A stretch of DNA of 64,000 bases from Rhodobacterales bacterium (GTDB lineage Bacteria; Pseudomonadota; Alphaproteobacteria; Rhodobacterales; Rhodobacteraceae). The stretch covers positions 12,510 to 76,509 of the forward strand of contig JAJLKH010000096.1 in NCBI GenBank assembly GCA_033839205.1, given 5' to 3'. Shown here one piece after another: positions 40,236 to 51,829 of this stretch. The notes below the pieces were generated by a model. The model was not told where the DNA came from. It did no database searches and saw only the letters and a program-made list of their open reading frames with translations. The translations under genes and the position numbers were made by a program. The first letter of the stretch is position 1. The number at the start of each line of letters is the position of its first letter.

Positions 40236-41570
40236 TCAGCGCGCAGGCCCGAGCGCCGAGAGGCCCTTGAGGATATCCAGCGCATAGGCCAGCTGGTAAT
40301 CATCTTCGCGCAGCTTGGCGGACAGTTCGGCCTTGGCGCGATCCTCCTCGATCTGGCGGATCTGATCTTCGGTCAGGCTGTCGTTGTTCAGCGAGCCGCG
40401 TAGATCGGCCTCGGACCGGCTGGGCGCGGTGCTTTCCTCTTCCTCGGGCGAGGCGGGCTGCCGGCGCGGCTGTTCCACCAGAATATCGGGCGAGACGCCC
40501 AACGCCTGGATGGACCGGCCCGAGGGTGTGTAATAGCGCGCCGTCGTCAGACGCATCGCCCCTTCGCCGCGCAGCGGCATGACGGTCTGCACAGACCCTT
40601 TGCCGAAACTCTTGGTGCCGATCACCACCGCGCGGCGGTGATCCTGAAGCGCGCCCGCCACGATTTCCGAAGCCGAGGCAGAACCGCCGTTGATCAGAAC
40701 GACGACCGGTTTGCCCTGGGCCAAATCGCCCGGCGTGGCGTTGTAACGCTCTCCATCCTCGGGGTTGCGACCGCGGGTCGAGACGATCTCGCCCTTTTCC
40801 AGGAAGGCATCCGACACGCGGATCGCCTGGGTCAAGAGACCGCCGGGGTTGTTGCGCAGATCAAGAACGATCCCGCTGATCCCGTCGATCCCGCCGGCTT
40901 CCTTGATGGCGTTGGCCAGACCGGATTCAAGATTGCTGTAGGTCTGGTCGTTGAAGGTCGTGACGCGCAGCACAACAGCCTGCCCTTCGGTCCGGGTGCG
41001 GACCGCCGTCAGCTTGATGGTATCGCGGATGATCGAGACGTCGAAGGGTTCGGCGGTGCCTTCGCGCAGAACGGTGATGACGATCTCGCTGCCCACCGGG
41101 CCACGCATCATGTCGACGGCCTGATCCAGCGTCAGGCCCAGCAGGCTTTGACCATCCACATGGGTAATGAAATCGCCCGCTTCGATCCCGGCCGCGTCGG
41201 CGGGTGTGCCATCGATCGGCGAGACGACCTTGACGAAGCCCTCTTCCTGCGTGACCTCGATCCCCAGCCCGCCGAATTCACCGCGGGTCTGCACGCGCAT
41301 GTCGGCGGCATCCTCGGGCGACATGTAGCTGGAATGCGGATCAAGCGATGTCAGCATCCCGTTGATCGCCGCCTCGATCAGTTCGTTGGTATCCACTTCT
41401 TCGACATATTGCGCGCGGATCCGTTCGAAAATGTCGCCGAACAGGTCAAGCTGTTCATAGACGCTGCTGTTTTTCGACGATTCCTGCGCCAGAAGCGGTG
41501 CTGCCAGCTGCGTCGTGGCAAGGACCCCGATCATCGTTCCGCCGATCGCAGCCATCACGAACTTGTTCAT
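40236..41570 (-). CDS. ctpA: Carboxy-terminal processing peptidase (S41)
   Basis: It has a PDZ segment, the catalytic region GGSASASEIVAGALQD..FGKGSVQ, and an N-terminal TM/signal segment. The start is at ATG 41570. Confidence 0.9.
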   Translation of the reverse strand: MNKFVMAAIGGTMIGVLATTQLAAPLLAQESSKNSSVYEQLDLFGDIFERIRAQYVEEVDTNELIEAAINGMLTSLDPHSSYMSPEDAADMRVQTRGEFGGLGIEVTQEEGFVKVVSPIDGTPADAAGIEAGDFITHVDGQSLLGLTLDQAVDMMRGPVGSEIVITVLREGTAEPFDVSIIRDTIKLTAVRTRTEGQAVVLRVTTFNDQTYSNLESGLANAIKEAGGIDGISGIVLDLRNNPGGLLTQAIRVSDAFLEKGEIVSTRGRNPEDGERYNATPGDLAQGKPVVVLINGGSASASEIVAGALQDHRRAVVIGTKSFGKGSVQTVMPLRGEGAMRLTTARYYTPSGRSIQALGVSPDILVEQPRRQPASPEEEESTAPSRSEADLRGSLNNDSLTEDQIRQIEEDRAKAELSAKLREDDYQLAYALDILKGLSALGPAR

Positions 41571-41572
41571 GC

Positions 41573-42730
41573 CTAATCTTCCTCTCGCGTTGCGAACCAT
41601 GCTTCCGGGTCGACCGGCGCATCATCCTGCCTGACTTCGATATAGAGCGTTTCCGAACGCCCTGTTCCAGTCCCATTGCCGGAATTGGCAAGAATATCGC
41701 CAATTTCCGCATCCTGACCGCCCATCAATCCCACGGGACTGCCGGCAGGGATCACCTCTCCGATGCCACCATAAACCACATCCAATCCGGCAAGCACGAA
41801 AAGAGTGCCGGCTTGAGGCTCCAGAATCATCACGTTTCCGTAGTCCAGAAGCGGGCCACGATAGCGGATCGTGGCAGCGGTCGGTGACGAAACAAGGGCG
41901 CGCGGCCGGGTCGCCAGCAAAAGACCGGGCCGGGTAATGCCGGCGGCATCCGCCTCGCCCGCGCGGCGCAGGATCTGGCCCTGCACAGGCAGGGGAAGGC
42001 TGCCCCGCAGGTCCGAAATATCAGGCAGGTCGGTCCGATCTTCGTCGGTGGTGATTTCCGACAGGCCGCTGGCAAAGCCTTCCAGCGTTTCTGTCGAGGC
42101 GATCAGGATCGCCGTCCGCACCGGATCAGCAGTGAAGCGACGTGGCAGATCAGTGCGATCGGCCACCGCTTGCGACAGTGCCGTGCGCGCCTCCTGCACA
42201 CCGTTCAGGCCGGTCTGGAGGGTTTCGACCGCGTTCTGCTGCAACAGCCGCAGGGTCGAGATTTCCTGCAGCTTACGGCGCAGGTCGTCGGCCCGCAGAT
42301 TCAGGGCGGGCGTCACATCGGCCAGGATCATGCCGGCACGTGCCGTACCCATCGGCCCCTCGGGATGCATAAGCATCACGGGCGAGGGCCGGCTGCCCAT
42401 GCTTTGCAACACGCCAAGAAGCTGCGCGATTTCGGCCTCGCGCGACTGCAGTTCGCGGGTCAGGCGCGCCTCGCGCAGACTGGCACGGCGCAACCCGTCG
42501 CGCATCGCCTCGAGCCCGTCTTCGAATGCGGCGACCGTTTCGCTCAGGGCGCGCACCCTGTCGCGTGCCGATTGCGCCGCGTCCAGCTGCCGCGTGGCCT
42601 GATCCAGACGTTCAGCCGCCGCCCTTGCCGCTTGCGCTGCCTCTGCATCGGCGCCGGCTTGCGCCCGAAGGGGCGCGCCGCCAAAGGACAAGGCAGAGAT
42701 CAGCAGCGCGAAGGCAAGATAACGGATCAT
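41573..42730 (-). CDS. Murein hydrolase activator EnvC-like / M23 (LytM) family protein
   Basis: It has a signal peptide, a long Ala/Gln/Arg coiled coil and a C-terminal LytM-like domain. The start overlaps the gpmI stop (ATGA). Confidence 0.8.
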   Translation of the reverse strand: MIRYLAFALLISALSFGGAPLRAQAGADAEAAQAARAAAERLDQATRQLDAAQSARDRVRALSETVAAFEDGLEAMRDGLRRASLREARLTRELQSREAEIAQLLGVLQSMGSRPSPVMLMHPEGPMGTARAGMILADVTPALNLRADDLRRKLQEISTLRLLQQNAVETLQTGLNGVQEARTALSQAVADRTDLPRRFTADPVRTAILIASTETLEGFASGLSEITTDEDRTDLPDISDLRGSLPLPVQGQILRRAGEADAAGITRPGLLLATRPRALVSSPTAATIRYRGPLLDYGNVMILEPQAGTLFVLAGLDVVYGGIGEVIPAGSPVGLMGGQDAEIGDILANSGNGTGTGRSETLYIEVRQDDAPVDPEAWFATREED

Positions 42731-44244
42731 GCGATCAGGCTTTCCCCTGTCATCTCGGGCGGTTTGGGCAGCTCCATCAGTTGCAGAAGCGTAGGCGCCA
42801 GATCGGCCAGCCTGCCGGGTTTCAGCGTCACGCCTGAAGGCCCGCCGACCAAGGCAACCGGCACCGGGTTCAGTGTATGCGCGGTATGCGGCCCGCCGGT
42901 TTCCGGATCGACCATCACCTCGCAGTTGCCGTGATCGGCGGTCACGATCATCGCGCCCCCCACCTCTTGCAGGGCTGCGACAACGCGGGCAAGCCCCTGG
43001 TCCACGGCTTCACAGGCGGCAATGGCGGCTTTCAGATCGCCGGTATGCCCCACCATGTCGGGGTTGGCGTAATTCACCACGATCAGATCGTAATCGTCAT
43101 GGATCGCCTGCACAAAGTGATCGGTCACCTCCTCGCAGGACATCTCGGGTTGCAGATCGTAGGTCGCCACCTTGGGCGAAGGCGCCATGTAGCGATCCTC
43201 ACCGGTCTCGGGCTGTTCCTCGCCCCCGTTCAGGAAGAAGGTGACATGGGGGTATTTCTCGGTCTCGGCCAGGCGGAACTGGCGCTTGCCATGCTTGGCC
43301 ACCCATTCACCCAGCGTGTTCACGATCTCGCGCGCGGGGAAAACGGTGGTCATGTAGGCGTTATGCGCCTCGGAATATTCCACCATACCCAGGCTGGCCG
43401 CCCATGCGGGGCGCGTGCCCAGATCAAAGGCGGCAAAGCCCGGCTCGGCCATAGCGGCCAGGATCTCGCGGGCGCGGTCGGCACGGAAATTCAGGCAGAA
43501 CAGACCGTCGCCATCCCGTGCGCCGGCATAGTCGCCGATCACTGTGGCGGTGATGAATTCATCCGTCTCGGAACGGTTGTATCCCGCCGTGACGGCCGCA
43601 TGTGCGGTTGCGGCATGCAACCCCTTGCCATGGACCATCGCTTCGTAGGCTTCGGCCACACGTTCCCAGCGGTTGTCCCGATCCATGGTAAAGTAGCGCC
43701 CGGTCAAGGTGCCGATCCGCGCATCGGCGGGCAATGCGGCCTGCAATTCCTCGAGGTAGCCATAGGCGGATTTCGGGGCCACATCGCGCCCGTCGGTCAC
43801 CGCATGGAGAACCACGGGCACCCCGGCTTCGGTAATCGCCCGTGTCGCGGCCAGGATATGATTGATATGGCCATGCACCCCGCCATCCGACACCAGCCCC
43901 AGAAGATGCGCGACACCGCCCGATGCCTTTAGCTTTCCGATGAAATCAAGCAAGGCGGCGTTGGTGAAAAAGCTGCCATCCTCGATCGCAAGGTCGATCT
44001 GGCCCAAGTCCATCGCGACGACACGCCCCGCGCCGATATTGGTATGGCCCACTTCGGAATTGCCCATCTGACCGGTTGGCAGCCCCACATCAGGACCATG
44101 CGTGATCAGCAGATTATGCGGACAGGTCGCCATGATCCTGTCAAAGGTCGGCGTATCGGCCAGCGCCGGCGCGTTCGCTGTCCGCTCTTCCCGGTGGCCC
44201 CATCCGTCCAGAATGCACAGCACAACGGGTTTCGGGGTCGTCAT
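42727..44244 (-). CDS. gpmI: 2,3-bisphosphoglycerate-independent phosphoglycerate mutase
   Basis: The motifs ILDGWG, SDGGVHGH and TADHGN are present. 505 aa. Confidence 0.93.
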   Translation of the reverse strand: MTTPKPVVLCILDGWGHREERTANAPALADTPTFDRIMATCPHNLLITHGPDVGLPTGQMGNSEVGHTNIGAGRVVAMDLGQIDLAIEDGSFFTNAALLDFIGKLKASGGVAHLLGLVSDGGVHGHINHILAATRAITEAGVPVVLHAVTDGRDVAPKSAYGYLEELQAALPADARIGTLTGRYFTMDRDNRWERVAEAYEAMVHGKGLHAATAHAAVTAGYNRSETDEFITATVIGDYAGARDGDGLFCLNFRADRAREILAAMAEPGFAAFDLGTRPAWAASLGMVEYSEAHNAYMTTVFPAREIVNTLGEWVAKHGKRQFRLAETEKYPHVTFFLNGGEEQPETGEDRYMAPSPKVATYDLQPEMSCEEVTDHFVQAIHDDYDLIVVNYANPDMVGHTGDLKAAIAACEAVDQGLARVVAALQEVGGAMIVTADHGNCEVMVDPETGGPHTAHTLNPVPVALVGGPSGVTLKPGRLADLAPTLLQLMELPKPPEMTGESLIA

Positions 44245-44368
44245 CGTCCAAGTCTCCTGCTTGATACGATGCCTCTTAACCCTTTGTGGGCCGAGGGTGA
44301 ACCGCTTTTGCGCGCCTGCGACCCCATGCAGCGACGGGATCGCGGGAAGGGAACATGACGTGGTTCGG

Positions 44369-45685
44369 TCAGTTCGATGTCTCCGTCAGCCCTTCCGGCT
44401 GCCCGACAACAACAAAGCTCAGCCGCGCGGGATCAAGCAGGGTGCGCGCCACGCGGTTCACGTCCTCCAGCGTCACGGCATTCACCTGATCGTTGCGGGT
44501 TGCGGCATAGTCGATGGGCAGTCCTCGCATCTGCATGCCGACGATGATGTTGGCGATCGTCCCGTTCCCGTCGAACCGCAACGGATAGGCCCCGGTCAGA
44601 TAGGTCTTGGCATTGTCCAGCTCGTCCTGGGTGACGCCGTCCTGCTGCATCCGCGCCCATTCCGCGCGGATCACCTCTACCGCCTCGGCAACACGGTCAT
44701 TGGCCGAGGCGACAGACCCGCCCCAGACCTGCGCCAGTTCGCGGTCCGCAAGGTAGGTGTAGATGCCATAGGTCAAGCCGCGCTTTTCACGCACTTCGGT
44801 CATCAGGCGGCTTTCAAAACCGCCGCCGCCCAGGATGTGATCCAGGATGAAGGCGGCGAAGAAATCAGGATCTTCCTGCCCGATACCGGGTTGTCCGAAT
44901 AGCACGACGGATTGCGGTGTGGGGAAATCCACGACGTCGACACCGCCGGGGAATGTCGGATCGGCAGGTCCGGGCAAGGCGGCACCGGTTGCGGGCAGAT
45001 CGCCAAGCAGGCTGTCCAGCAAGGCGCCCAGCTGATCCGCCGTGATGTCGCCCACCGCCGAGACGTGGATGCGGTCACGCGCCAGCGTGTCTGCATGGGC
45101 GGCAAGCAGATCGTCCCGGGTCAGGGCGCTGACCGTATCGATCGTGCCATCCAGCGAAGAGCCATAGGGATGATCGCCATAGACAAGCGCATCAAAGCGC
45201 CGCGAGGCGATGCTCTGGGGGTTTTTCTCATCCGATCGAAGACCGGACAGGACCTGCGCGCGGACCCGTTCGATGGCGTCATCGTCAAATCGCGGCTGCA
45301 CCAGCGACTGTCGCAACAGATCGACCGCCGCATCACGGTTTTCGGTCAGGAACTGCGCCGATACCGAGAGCGCATCATCCGACACCGAATAGCGGAACGA
45401 GGCCGCCAGACCGTCGCGTGCGCGGGCAAACGCACGGGCATCCATCTCGCCAGCCCCTTCTTCCAGCAGCGCCGCCATCAGGTTGGTAGCGCCACGCTTT
45501 TCCGCCGCCTCGACCGAGGCACCGCCACGGAACCGGATTTCCAGCGCGGTGAAGGGGATCGCATGATCTTCGACCAGCCAGGCAGTGATGCCACCGGGGC
45601 TGACCACTTCCTTGATCTCGATCGCGGCGCGCGCTGGCAGCGCGGCCAGCGCCAGCATTACGGGCAGAATGAAACGCATCATCAC
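44369..45685 (-). CDS. M16 family peptidase, non-catalytic-type subunit
   Basis: The length and architecture are insulinase-like, without an HxxEH motif. A 4-nt overlap links it to the upstream M16 gene. Confidence 0.82.
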   Translation of the reverse strand: MMMRFILPVMLALAALPARAAIEIKEVVSPGGITAWLVEDHAIPFTALEIRFRGGASVEAAEKRGATNLMAALLEEGAGEMDARAFARARDGLAASFRYSVSDDALSVSAQFLTENRDAAVDLLRQSLVQPRFDDDAIERVRAQVLSGLRSDEKNPQSIASRRFDALVYGDHPYGSSLDGTIDTVSALTRDDLLAAHADTLARDRIHVSAVGDITADQLGALLDSLLGDLPATGAALPGPADPTFPGGVDVVDFPTPQSVVLFGQPGIGQEDPDFFAAFILDHILGGGGFESRLMTEVREKRGLTYGIYTYLADRELAQVWGGSVASANDRVAEAVEVIRAEWARMQQDGVTQDELDNAKTYLTGAYPLRFDGNGTIANIIVGMQMRGLPIDYAATRNDQVNAVTLEDVNRVARTLLDPARLSFVVVGQPEGLTETSN

Positions 45686-47028
45686 TGGGTCACCTCCTCT
45701 GCCATCAACCAGCCGGTCACGGCTTGTCTGCGGTCCAGCACCATCCGCGCGGCGGCCAGCACGTCATCCGCCGTCACGGCTTGCAAGAGGTCGGGCCACG
45801 CCTGCACGTCTTCGACCGTCAGGCCCTGGGTCAGGGCGCGGCCATAGCGGTTGGCGATCGATTCCACGTCATCGCGGGCATAGATCTGCGCGGCGCGCAT
45901 CTGCATCTTGATCCGCTCCAGTTGCTCTGCGTCGACGCCTGTTTCCAGGAAATCAGCCAGCACGCGGTCCATCGCGGCTTCGGCCTCTTCCAGGCTCACG
46001 CCTTCGGACGGAACGACAACAACATCAAAGGTTGTCCGGTCCAGCGAGGTGCCGCCGTAGAAAGCCCCGGTGAAGGTGGCGATCTGTGTGTCGAACTGAA
46101 GCGCCTCGGCCATCACCGATGTCGTGCCGGATCCCAGCACCTCGGACAGGACGGTCAAGGCCGCCGCCGTTTCCTGCGCGCCGCTGTCACGCTCTGGCGC
46201 CAGGTAGGACCGGCTGACATAGGGCTGGGCCACGCGCGCATCGCGATAGATCAGACGCCTCTCGGCGGTTTGGGGCGGCTCTGACGGGCGCAGGCGTTCA
46301 GGCAGGTCCGGGTTGGGCGGGATCGGGCCGTAATGCTCTTCGGCCAGCGCGCGCACCTCGTCCGGGGTCACGTCACCTGCCACGATCAGGATCGCATTGT
46401 TGGGCGCGTAATAGCGCTGGTAGAAAGCCAGCGCATCATCGCGGTCCAGCGCCACCATCTCGTGCCGCCAACCGATGATCGGCACGCCGTAGCGATGGTT
46501 CAGGTATTGCACCGCATCCTTTTGTTCGCGGAACAACGCGGCAGGGCTATTTTCGACCCGCTGGTTACGCTCTTCGATGATGACATCGCGTTCCGTCGCG
46601 ATCTCGGCATCGTCCAGCCGCAGATTGACCATGCGGTCCGCCTCCATCTGCATCATCAGGCCAAGCCGATCCGCCGCGACACGCTGGAAATAGGCGGTGT
46701 AGTCATAGCTGGTGAAGGCGTTGTCGCGCCCACCGTTGCGCGCCACGGTGCGAGAAAACTCGCCCGACTCCATCTTTTCGGTGCGCTTGAACATCAGGTG
46801 TTCAAGGAAATGCGCGATCCCCGAGGCGCCCGCAGGCTCATCGGCCGACCCTGCGCGATACCAGACCATATGCATGACGACAGGCGCGCGATGGTCTTCG
46901 ACGACCACGACATCCATGCCGTTCTGCAATGTGAAGGACGTCACCTGATCATCGGCAAGGGCAGGCCGGGCCATGGCCTGCGACAGCACTATGGCAAGGC
47001 TGAACGCAACAGCAGACAAACGCAGCAC
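45682..47028 (-). CDS. M16 family zinc peptidase (HxxEH)
   Basis: It has the zinc motif HFLEHLMFK and a signal peptide. Confidence 0.88.
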   Translation of the reverse strand: MLRLSAVAFSLAIVLSQAMARPALADDQVTSFTLQNGMDVVVVEDHRAPVVMHMVWYRAGSADEPAGASGIAHFLEHLMFKRTEKMESGEFSRTVARNGGRDNAFTSYDYTAYFQRVAADRLGLMMQMEADRMVNLRLDDAEIATERDVIIEERNQRVENSPAALFREQKDAVQYLNHRYGVPIIGWRHEMVALDRDDALAFYQRYYAPNNAILIVAGDVTPDEVRALAEEHYGPIPPNPDLPERLRPSEPPQTAERRLIYRDARVAQPYVSRSYLAPERDSGAQETAAALTVLSEVLGSGTTSVMAEALQFDTQIATFTGAFYGGTSLDRTTFDVVVVPSEGVSLEEAEAAMDRVLADFLETGVDAEQLERIKMQMRAAQIYARDDVESIANRYGRALTQGLTVEDVQAWPDLLQAVTADDVLAAARMVLDRRQAVTGWLMAEEVTQ

Positions 47029-47110
47029 GGGATTCCTCCTGGTGTTAGGTTCTACCTAGATTAGGAAGTGAACGTCCGGCTGCAACCCGGACTGACGCAG
47101 TTGTGACGGA

Positions 47111-47647
47111 TCAGCGCCGTTCGGGCGGCGGTGCCGACGGGGTTGCGACGCCCATGCGGCGGAAACGCCGCAATTCGGCATAGGGATCGGTCATCTCGCT
47201 GCTGTAGACTTCGTGATACCGGTCCACGTCGCGGAACAGGCGGAACTTGGTAAAGCGGGACCTGTCACGCTGGAACGCGTCATCCTCTGCGGCCAGGGTC
47301 ATCCGAATGTCGCTGGACACGCCATTGCGGGACACATGGCGAACAAGGGCCGTGTCCGACCCGGCGATCCCTTGGGGTGCCAGCGCCGCTGGCCGTCCGC
47401 CCAGGGCCGCGACCCCATCCGCCAGGGGGTTCTGATCGGTCAGGTTCACCCCGCCGGGTGTCGGGGTCGGCAGGCTGGCCATATCCTTGGGCATCTCGAG
47501 CGGCTTTGCCGGCAGAACCGAGAATTCGTCAGGCCCGGCGCCGAAATTGCGAAGGTCGCGCAACTGCAGATCACCCTGCGGTCGCGAACAGGCCGAAAGG
47601 GCCAGAACGGCCACCAAGATCATCCCATGCGTCAGACGCATTGCCAC
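47111..47647 (-). CDS. DUF3035-like lipoprotein
   Basis: It has a lipobox (LALSAC) and the family-typical motifs PDEFSVLPAKPLEMP and LPTPTPGG. Confidence 0.7.
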   Translation of the reverse strand: MAMRLTHGMILVAVLALSACSRPQGDLQLRDLRNFGAGPDEFSVLPAKPLEMPKDMASLPTPTPGGVNLTDQNPLADGVAALGGRPAALAPQGIAGSDTALVRHVSRNGVSSDIRMTLAAEDDAFQRDRSRFTKFRLFRDVDRYHEVYSSEMTDPYAELRRFRRMGVATPSAPPPERR

Positions 47648-47694
47648 CCTCCTGACGTTTCCGCCCCCAGCATTAGCCGATCATGCGCCGATCG

Positions 47695-48165
47695 TCACGG
47701 GGCCTTTTTCTCGCCGGTGAAAAGAACCAGCCCCAGTGCGCCGACAAAGATCGAGATATCGGCGATGTTGAACGCATAGGGATTGCGCAGGCCGCAGCAC
47801 GACATGTTGAGGAAATCCGCAACCGCCCCGTAAAGAACCCTGTCCACCACGTTGCCCAGCGCGCCACCCACAAGCAAGCCTGCGGCAACCAGGCCCAGCC
47901 GCCCCGGCGGTTCCTTGCGCACCCACCACAGCACGCCCCCCGAAATCACCAACGCCACCGCGATCAGAACCCAACGCGCACCGTCCGCAGCCTGCGAGAA
48001 AAGGCCGAAGTTGATCCCGTAATTCCACGCCATCCGCAGGTTCAGGTAGGGCGGAAAGACATCGATGGCCCCGACGACCGCAAGGTCCATCATGTGAACG
48101 ACAAGATACTTGACGGCTTGATCGGCCACGAAGATCACGGCCGCGACCCAGAAAATCAGTCTCAT
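47695..48165 (-). CDS. lspA: Signal peptidase II
   Basis: 156 aa with four TM segments and the motifs ADQAVK, NYGINFG and [10 protein letters not shown]. Confidence 0.9.
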   Translation of the reverse strand: MRLIFWVAAVIFVADQAVKYLVVHMMDLAVVGAIDVFPPYLNLRMAWNYGINFGLFSQAADGARWVLIAVALVISGGVLWWVRKEPPGRLGLVAAGLLVGGALGNVVDRVLYGAVADFLNMSCCGLRNPYAFNIADISIFVGALGLVLFTGEKKAP

Positions 48166-48276
48166 GCGCTCTCCTTGTCGGCCTGCGTGTCACCCACGCG
48201 CGTCATACCGTTTCTGCTTGCTTCAAATATCCCCGCCGGAGGCATCCACGATCCGGCCCTTCGCGACATCTCCGGC

Positions 48277-49869
48277 TCAGTGCCGGAAATGCCGCATGCC
48301 CGTAAAGACCATCGCGAGACCCGCATCATCCGCCGCCGCGATCACCTCGGCGTCGCGCATGGACCCGCCCGGCTGGATGATCGCCGTGGCACCGGCCTCG
48401 GCGGCGGTCAGCAGACCGTCGGCAAAGGGAAAGAACGCATCCGACGCCACGACCGATCCTTGGGTCAGCGGCGCGGACAGCCCCAGCGCCTCTGCCATGT
48501 CCTGCGCCTTGCGCGCCGCGATCCGGCAGCTGTCCACGCGGCTCATCTGTCCGGCACCGACACCCACGGTCGCGCCATCCTTCACATAGACGATGGCATT
48601 GGACTTGACATGCTTGGCCACCTTCCAGGCAAACAGCAGATCCGCCAGTTCGGCATCGCTGGGCGCGCGTTTCGTCACGACCTTCAGATCATCCAGGCCG
48701 ATGTGGCCATTGTCCTTGTCCTGCACAAGATAGCCACCCGAGACCTGCCGCCAGGTCAGCGCCGCCTCGGCCGGATTGGCCAGACCCGGGGTGATCAGCA
48801 GCCGCAAGTTCTTCTTGGCCGCGAAGATGTCGCGCGCGCCCTGATCGGCGCCCGGCGCGATCACCACTTCGGTGAAGATCTGCGATATTTCCTCGGCGGT
48901 GGCGGCATCCAGCGTGCTGTTCAGGGCGATGATCCCGCCAAAGGCGCTGGTGCGGTCGCAATCGAAGGCGCGCGCATAGGCCTCTTTCAGGGTCGCACCA
49001 CGGGCCACACCGCAGGGGTTGGCATGTTTGATGATCGCGCAGGCCGGCCCGTCCGAGGGCGCGAATTCGCTGACCAGTTCAAAGGCAGCGTCGGTGTCGT
49101 TGATATTGTTGTAGGACAGCTCCTTGCCCTGCAACTGCTGCGCAGTCGCCACGCCGGGGCGCGCGCTGCCGTCAAGGTAGAAGGATGCGGACTGATGCGG
49201 GTTCTCGCCATACCGCAGGCTCTGCGCCAGCTTGCCTGCCACCACGCGGCGGCGCGGGGCGGTCTCGCCGATCGCGGCGGCCATCCAGGTGGAGACAGCC
49301 GCGTCATAGGCCCCGGTGCGCGCATAAGCGATCTGCGCCAGCCGCTGCCGGAATGCCAGAGAGGTGGCGCCGTCATGCGCCTCAAGCTCGGCCAGCAGGG
49401 GGGCGTAATCCTCGACATCGACGACGACGTTGACAAAGCCGTGGTTCTTCGCCGCCGCACGGATCATCGCCGGGCCGCCGATATCGATATTCTCGATGCA
49501 GGTCTCGTAATCGGCGCCTTTGGCTACCGTTTCCTCGAACGGGTAGAGGTTGACGACCAGCAGGTCGATTGCCCCGATGCCATGCGCCTCCATCGCGGCG
49601 CGGTGATCGGCATTGTCACGCAGCGCCAGCAGTCCGCCATGCACGGCCGGGTGCAGCGTCTTGACGCGGCCATCCATCATTTCGGGAAAGCCGGTCACAT
49701 CGGCCACATCCTTGACCGTCAGACCGGCCGCGCGCAAGGCCGCCGCCGACCCGCCCGTGGACAGCAGTTCGATCCCCCGCGCCGCCAGCGCATGGCCCAG
49801 GTCCAGCAGCCCGGTCTTGTCGGATACGGAAATCAGCGCGCGGCGCACTGGGTGCAGGTCGGTCGTCAT
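48277..49869 (-). CDS. purH: Bifunctional AICAR formyltransferase / IMP cyclohydrolase
   Basis: The 530-aa sequence is PurH-like over its full length ([22 protein letters not shown]-terminal FTGMRHFRH). Confidence 0.95.
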   Translation of the reverse strand: MTTDLHPVRRALISVSDKTGLLDLGHALAARGIELLSTGGSAAALRAAGLTVKDVADVTGFPEMMDGRVKTLHPAVHGGLLALRDNADHRAAMEAHGIGAIDLLVVNLYPFEETVAKGADYETCIENIDIGGPAMIRAAAKNHGFVNVVVDVEDYAPLLAELEAHDGATSLAFRQRLAQIAYARTGAYDAAVSTWMAAAIGETAPRRRVVAGKLAQSLRYGENPHQSASFYLDGSARPGVATAQQLQGKELSYNNINDTDAAFELVSEFAPSDGPACAIIKHANPCGVARGATLKEAYARAFDCDRTSAFGGIIALNSTLDAATAEEISQIFTEVVIAPGADQGARDIFAAKKNLRLLITPGLANPAEAALTWRQVSGGYLVQDKDNGHIGLDDLKVVTKRAPSDAELADLLFAWKVAKHVKSNAIVYVKDGATVGVGAGQMSRVDSCRIAARKAQDMAEALGLSAPLTQGSVVASDAFFPFADGLLTAAEAGATAIIQPGGSMRDAEVIAAADDAGLAMVFTGMRHFRH

Positions 49870-49912
49870 GGTTCTTGGCCCCCGAGGTCGTTTGGCCCCC
49901 GCAGACAGGGGC

Positions 49913-51661
49913 CTAAAGTGTCACATCCATCTCGTCCCGGTTCAGGTCGCGGATACTGATCGGCGTATCCTGCGCCTTGGTCAAAGACCACCGGGTGCGC
50001 GTCGCATAGTCCATCGCGCGGCCGGATAAAACGATTTGTTTGGTCGCACGCGGGGCAAGACGGCCTTTTTCCAGGTAAACGCTGGGCTCAAGCGTCATCT
50101 GGGCGCGGCTGTCATGGCGGAACACCCACAATTCCCCGCTTTTCAGCGCCAGTGAAATTGCCGTCCCGCCCATGTCCAGCTCGGCCTCCACCTCGGGATG
50201 CAGATGAAACCGGATCGCGAAGGGGATACCCTGCAGGCGGATGGCATCCATTTGCCGGTCGAATGTCTTCTGCGATGCCGCGTTCAGCGCGATCAACAGG
50301 TCCTCGCCCGCAAGGCCGCTGCCATCGAAAGTCAGTTCCAGCGTGCGCGCATGGGTCAGGCCGTGGGTGCGCACATATCCGTCATGCCCCCCCTGAAAGC
50401 GCAGCCCATCGGGCATCTGCGAGATTTCGACGGGCACATCCTTGGGTGCATCCATCAGCCATTCGGCCCGCCCCGACAAGGCCCCCTTGGCCTTGCCAAG
50501 TCGGGCGCTGGAAAATCCCGCCAGCGTCACGGTGGAATGGCTGGGCGTGGCGCGCCCGGCGCGACGCCATTCCAAACCGAAAGCGGCCCCCGATCCGCAA
50601 TTGACCACCACCGGACGCCGCCCCGATGTCAGCTCGAACGCCAGGGTCGAGGCATGGGCATTCACCGAAGCAGCACCCGAAGGCGGAGGGGCGGCATCCA
50701 CGATGACGCTGGTCCGCCCCGCGCCCAACCGGGCAAATCCCATCGACAGCCCTTCGGGCATCCTGTTCTTGACATCCGATGCGGCCAGCGCCGCATCCAG
50801 CCGACCCTCCAGGCCGCGCCCCCCGCCGTGAAACCTTGCAAGACCACCATCGGAATGGCGCAGCGTGCGCAGGCTGGGCGCGATCCGGTCGATCGCCGCC
50901 AACAGATCCTGCGGGACCGTCCGCTCCGCTTCGCCCAGCGCGGCGGCGGCCCATGTCAAAAGGGTAAAGACCTCCAGCAACTCCTCGGGATTGCGCGTGG
51001 GAATGCCGCCCTGCTCGTCGACCTGCGCCCGACAGTCGCGGGCCAGCGCCCGCATCGCCGGCTCGATCAGCCGCTCCATCCCCTGCAGGGACAGACCGGC
51101 ATAGATCGTGCCCGTCAGCGCCTCGATCCGCGGCAGCCCGGGCGAGGCCGCGCGCCAGCGCCGCCCCAGGAAGATCGCCTGCTGCGCCAGCGACCTGTAG
51201 AATGCCTCGGTCTGCGTCTTGTCGCGGCCGCGCAACACGAACAGCGCGTGATGGATCCAGCGGATAACCCGGCGTCCCGTCAGATCCGGTGTCCATCCGG
51301 GCCCCTGCCCGCGACCGAACCGCTCGATCCACGCCCAAAGCCACTCCTGCGCCAGGGCGCGGGTCGCCGTATCGCCGACAGCCGCCAGGTCATCCAGCCA
51401 TCCAAAACCCTGCAATTCGTCCTCGAACAGATCGTCCGGCGCCTCGACCTGCCAGAGCGTCCGACCTTCCGCCACGATCAGATGCCCCGCGAACAGGTAA
51501 TTCCCCGCCAGCAATTGCCGCCCCTTGGCGAAACTGCCGATGGTCCGGGGTTCGGGTTGGCTGACAAAACCGGTGGCCGGGCGCGACAGGGTGCTCAACC
51601 GCGCATGAAAGCGGTGCATCCAGCGCTTGCGACGCGCCGAAAAGCTCTCGGATCGGGACAT
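49913..51661 (-). CDS. Heparinase II/III-like family protein
   Basis: 582 aa. The call rests on general resemblance to the family that sits between purH and rsmB in related genomes ([12 protein letters not shown] region). It is less certain than the neighbouring calls. Confidence 0.6.
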   Translation of the reverse strand: MSRSESFSARRKRWMHRFHARLSTLSRPATGFVSQPEPRTIGSFAKGRQLLAGNYLFAGHLIVAEGRTLWQVEAPDDLFEDELQGFGWLDDLAAVGDTATRALAQEWLWAWIERFGRGQGPGWTPDLTGRRVIRWIHHALFVLRGRDKTQTEAFYRSLAQQAIFLGRRWRAASPGLPRIEALTGTIYAGLSLQGMERLIEPAMRALARDCRAQVDEQGGIPTRNPEELLEVFTLLTWAAAALGEAERTVPQDLLAAIDRIAPSLRTLRHSDGGLARFHGGGRGLEGRLDAALAASDVKNRMPEGLSMGFARLGAGRTSVIVDAAPPPSGAASVNAHASTLAFELTSGRRPVVVNCGSGAAFGLEWRRAGRATPSHSTVTLAGFSSARLGKAKGALSGRAEWLMDAPKDVPVEISQMPDGLRFQGGHDGYVRTHGLTHARTLELTFDGSGLAGEDLLIALNAASQKTFDRQMDAIRLQGIPFAIRFHLHPEVEAELDMGGTAISLALKSGELWVFRHDSRAQMTLEPSVYLEKGRLAPRATKQIVLSGRAMDYATRTRWSLTKAQDTPISIRDLNRDEMDVTL

Positions 51662-51829
51662 TGCTCTGCCTCTCGCGCGGGTTGACGCGTCTTTGGCCCA
51701 GCATAGACCGGCGAACTGCGCAAGTCACCGCCGAATTCCCCGCCCCGGCTTCTTCTTGCCGGAAATATCCTCGGGGGGCATGGCCCGCAGGGCCATCGGG
51801 GGGCAGACAGCCCCCCGTCCGTCCTGTGT

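Noticed and set aside
49870-49912. Looked for a ZTP (pfl) riboswitch upstream of purH
   Set aside because: Only 43 nt separate purH from the upstream gene, and none of the conserved pfl sequence blocks is present.
47683-49959. 758-aa plus-strand ORF spanning the lspA and purH regions
   Set aside because: It is antisense to two well-supported genes and has a shadow-ORF composition.
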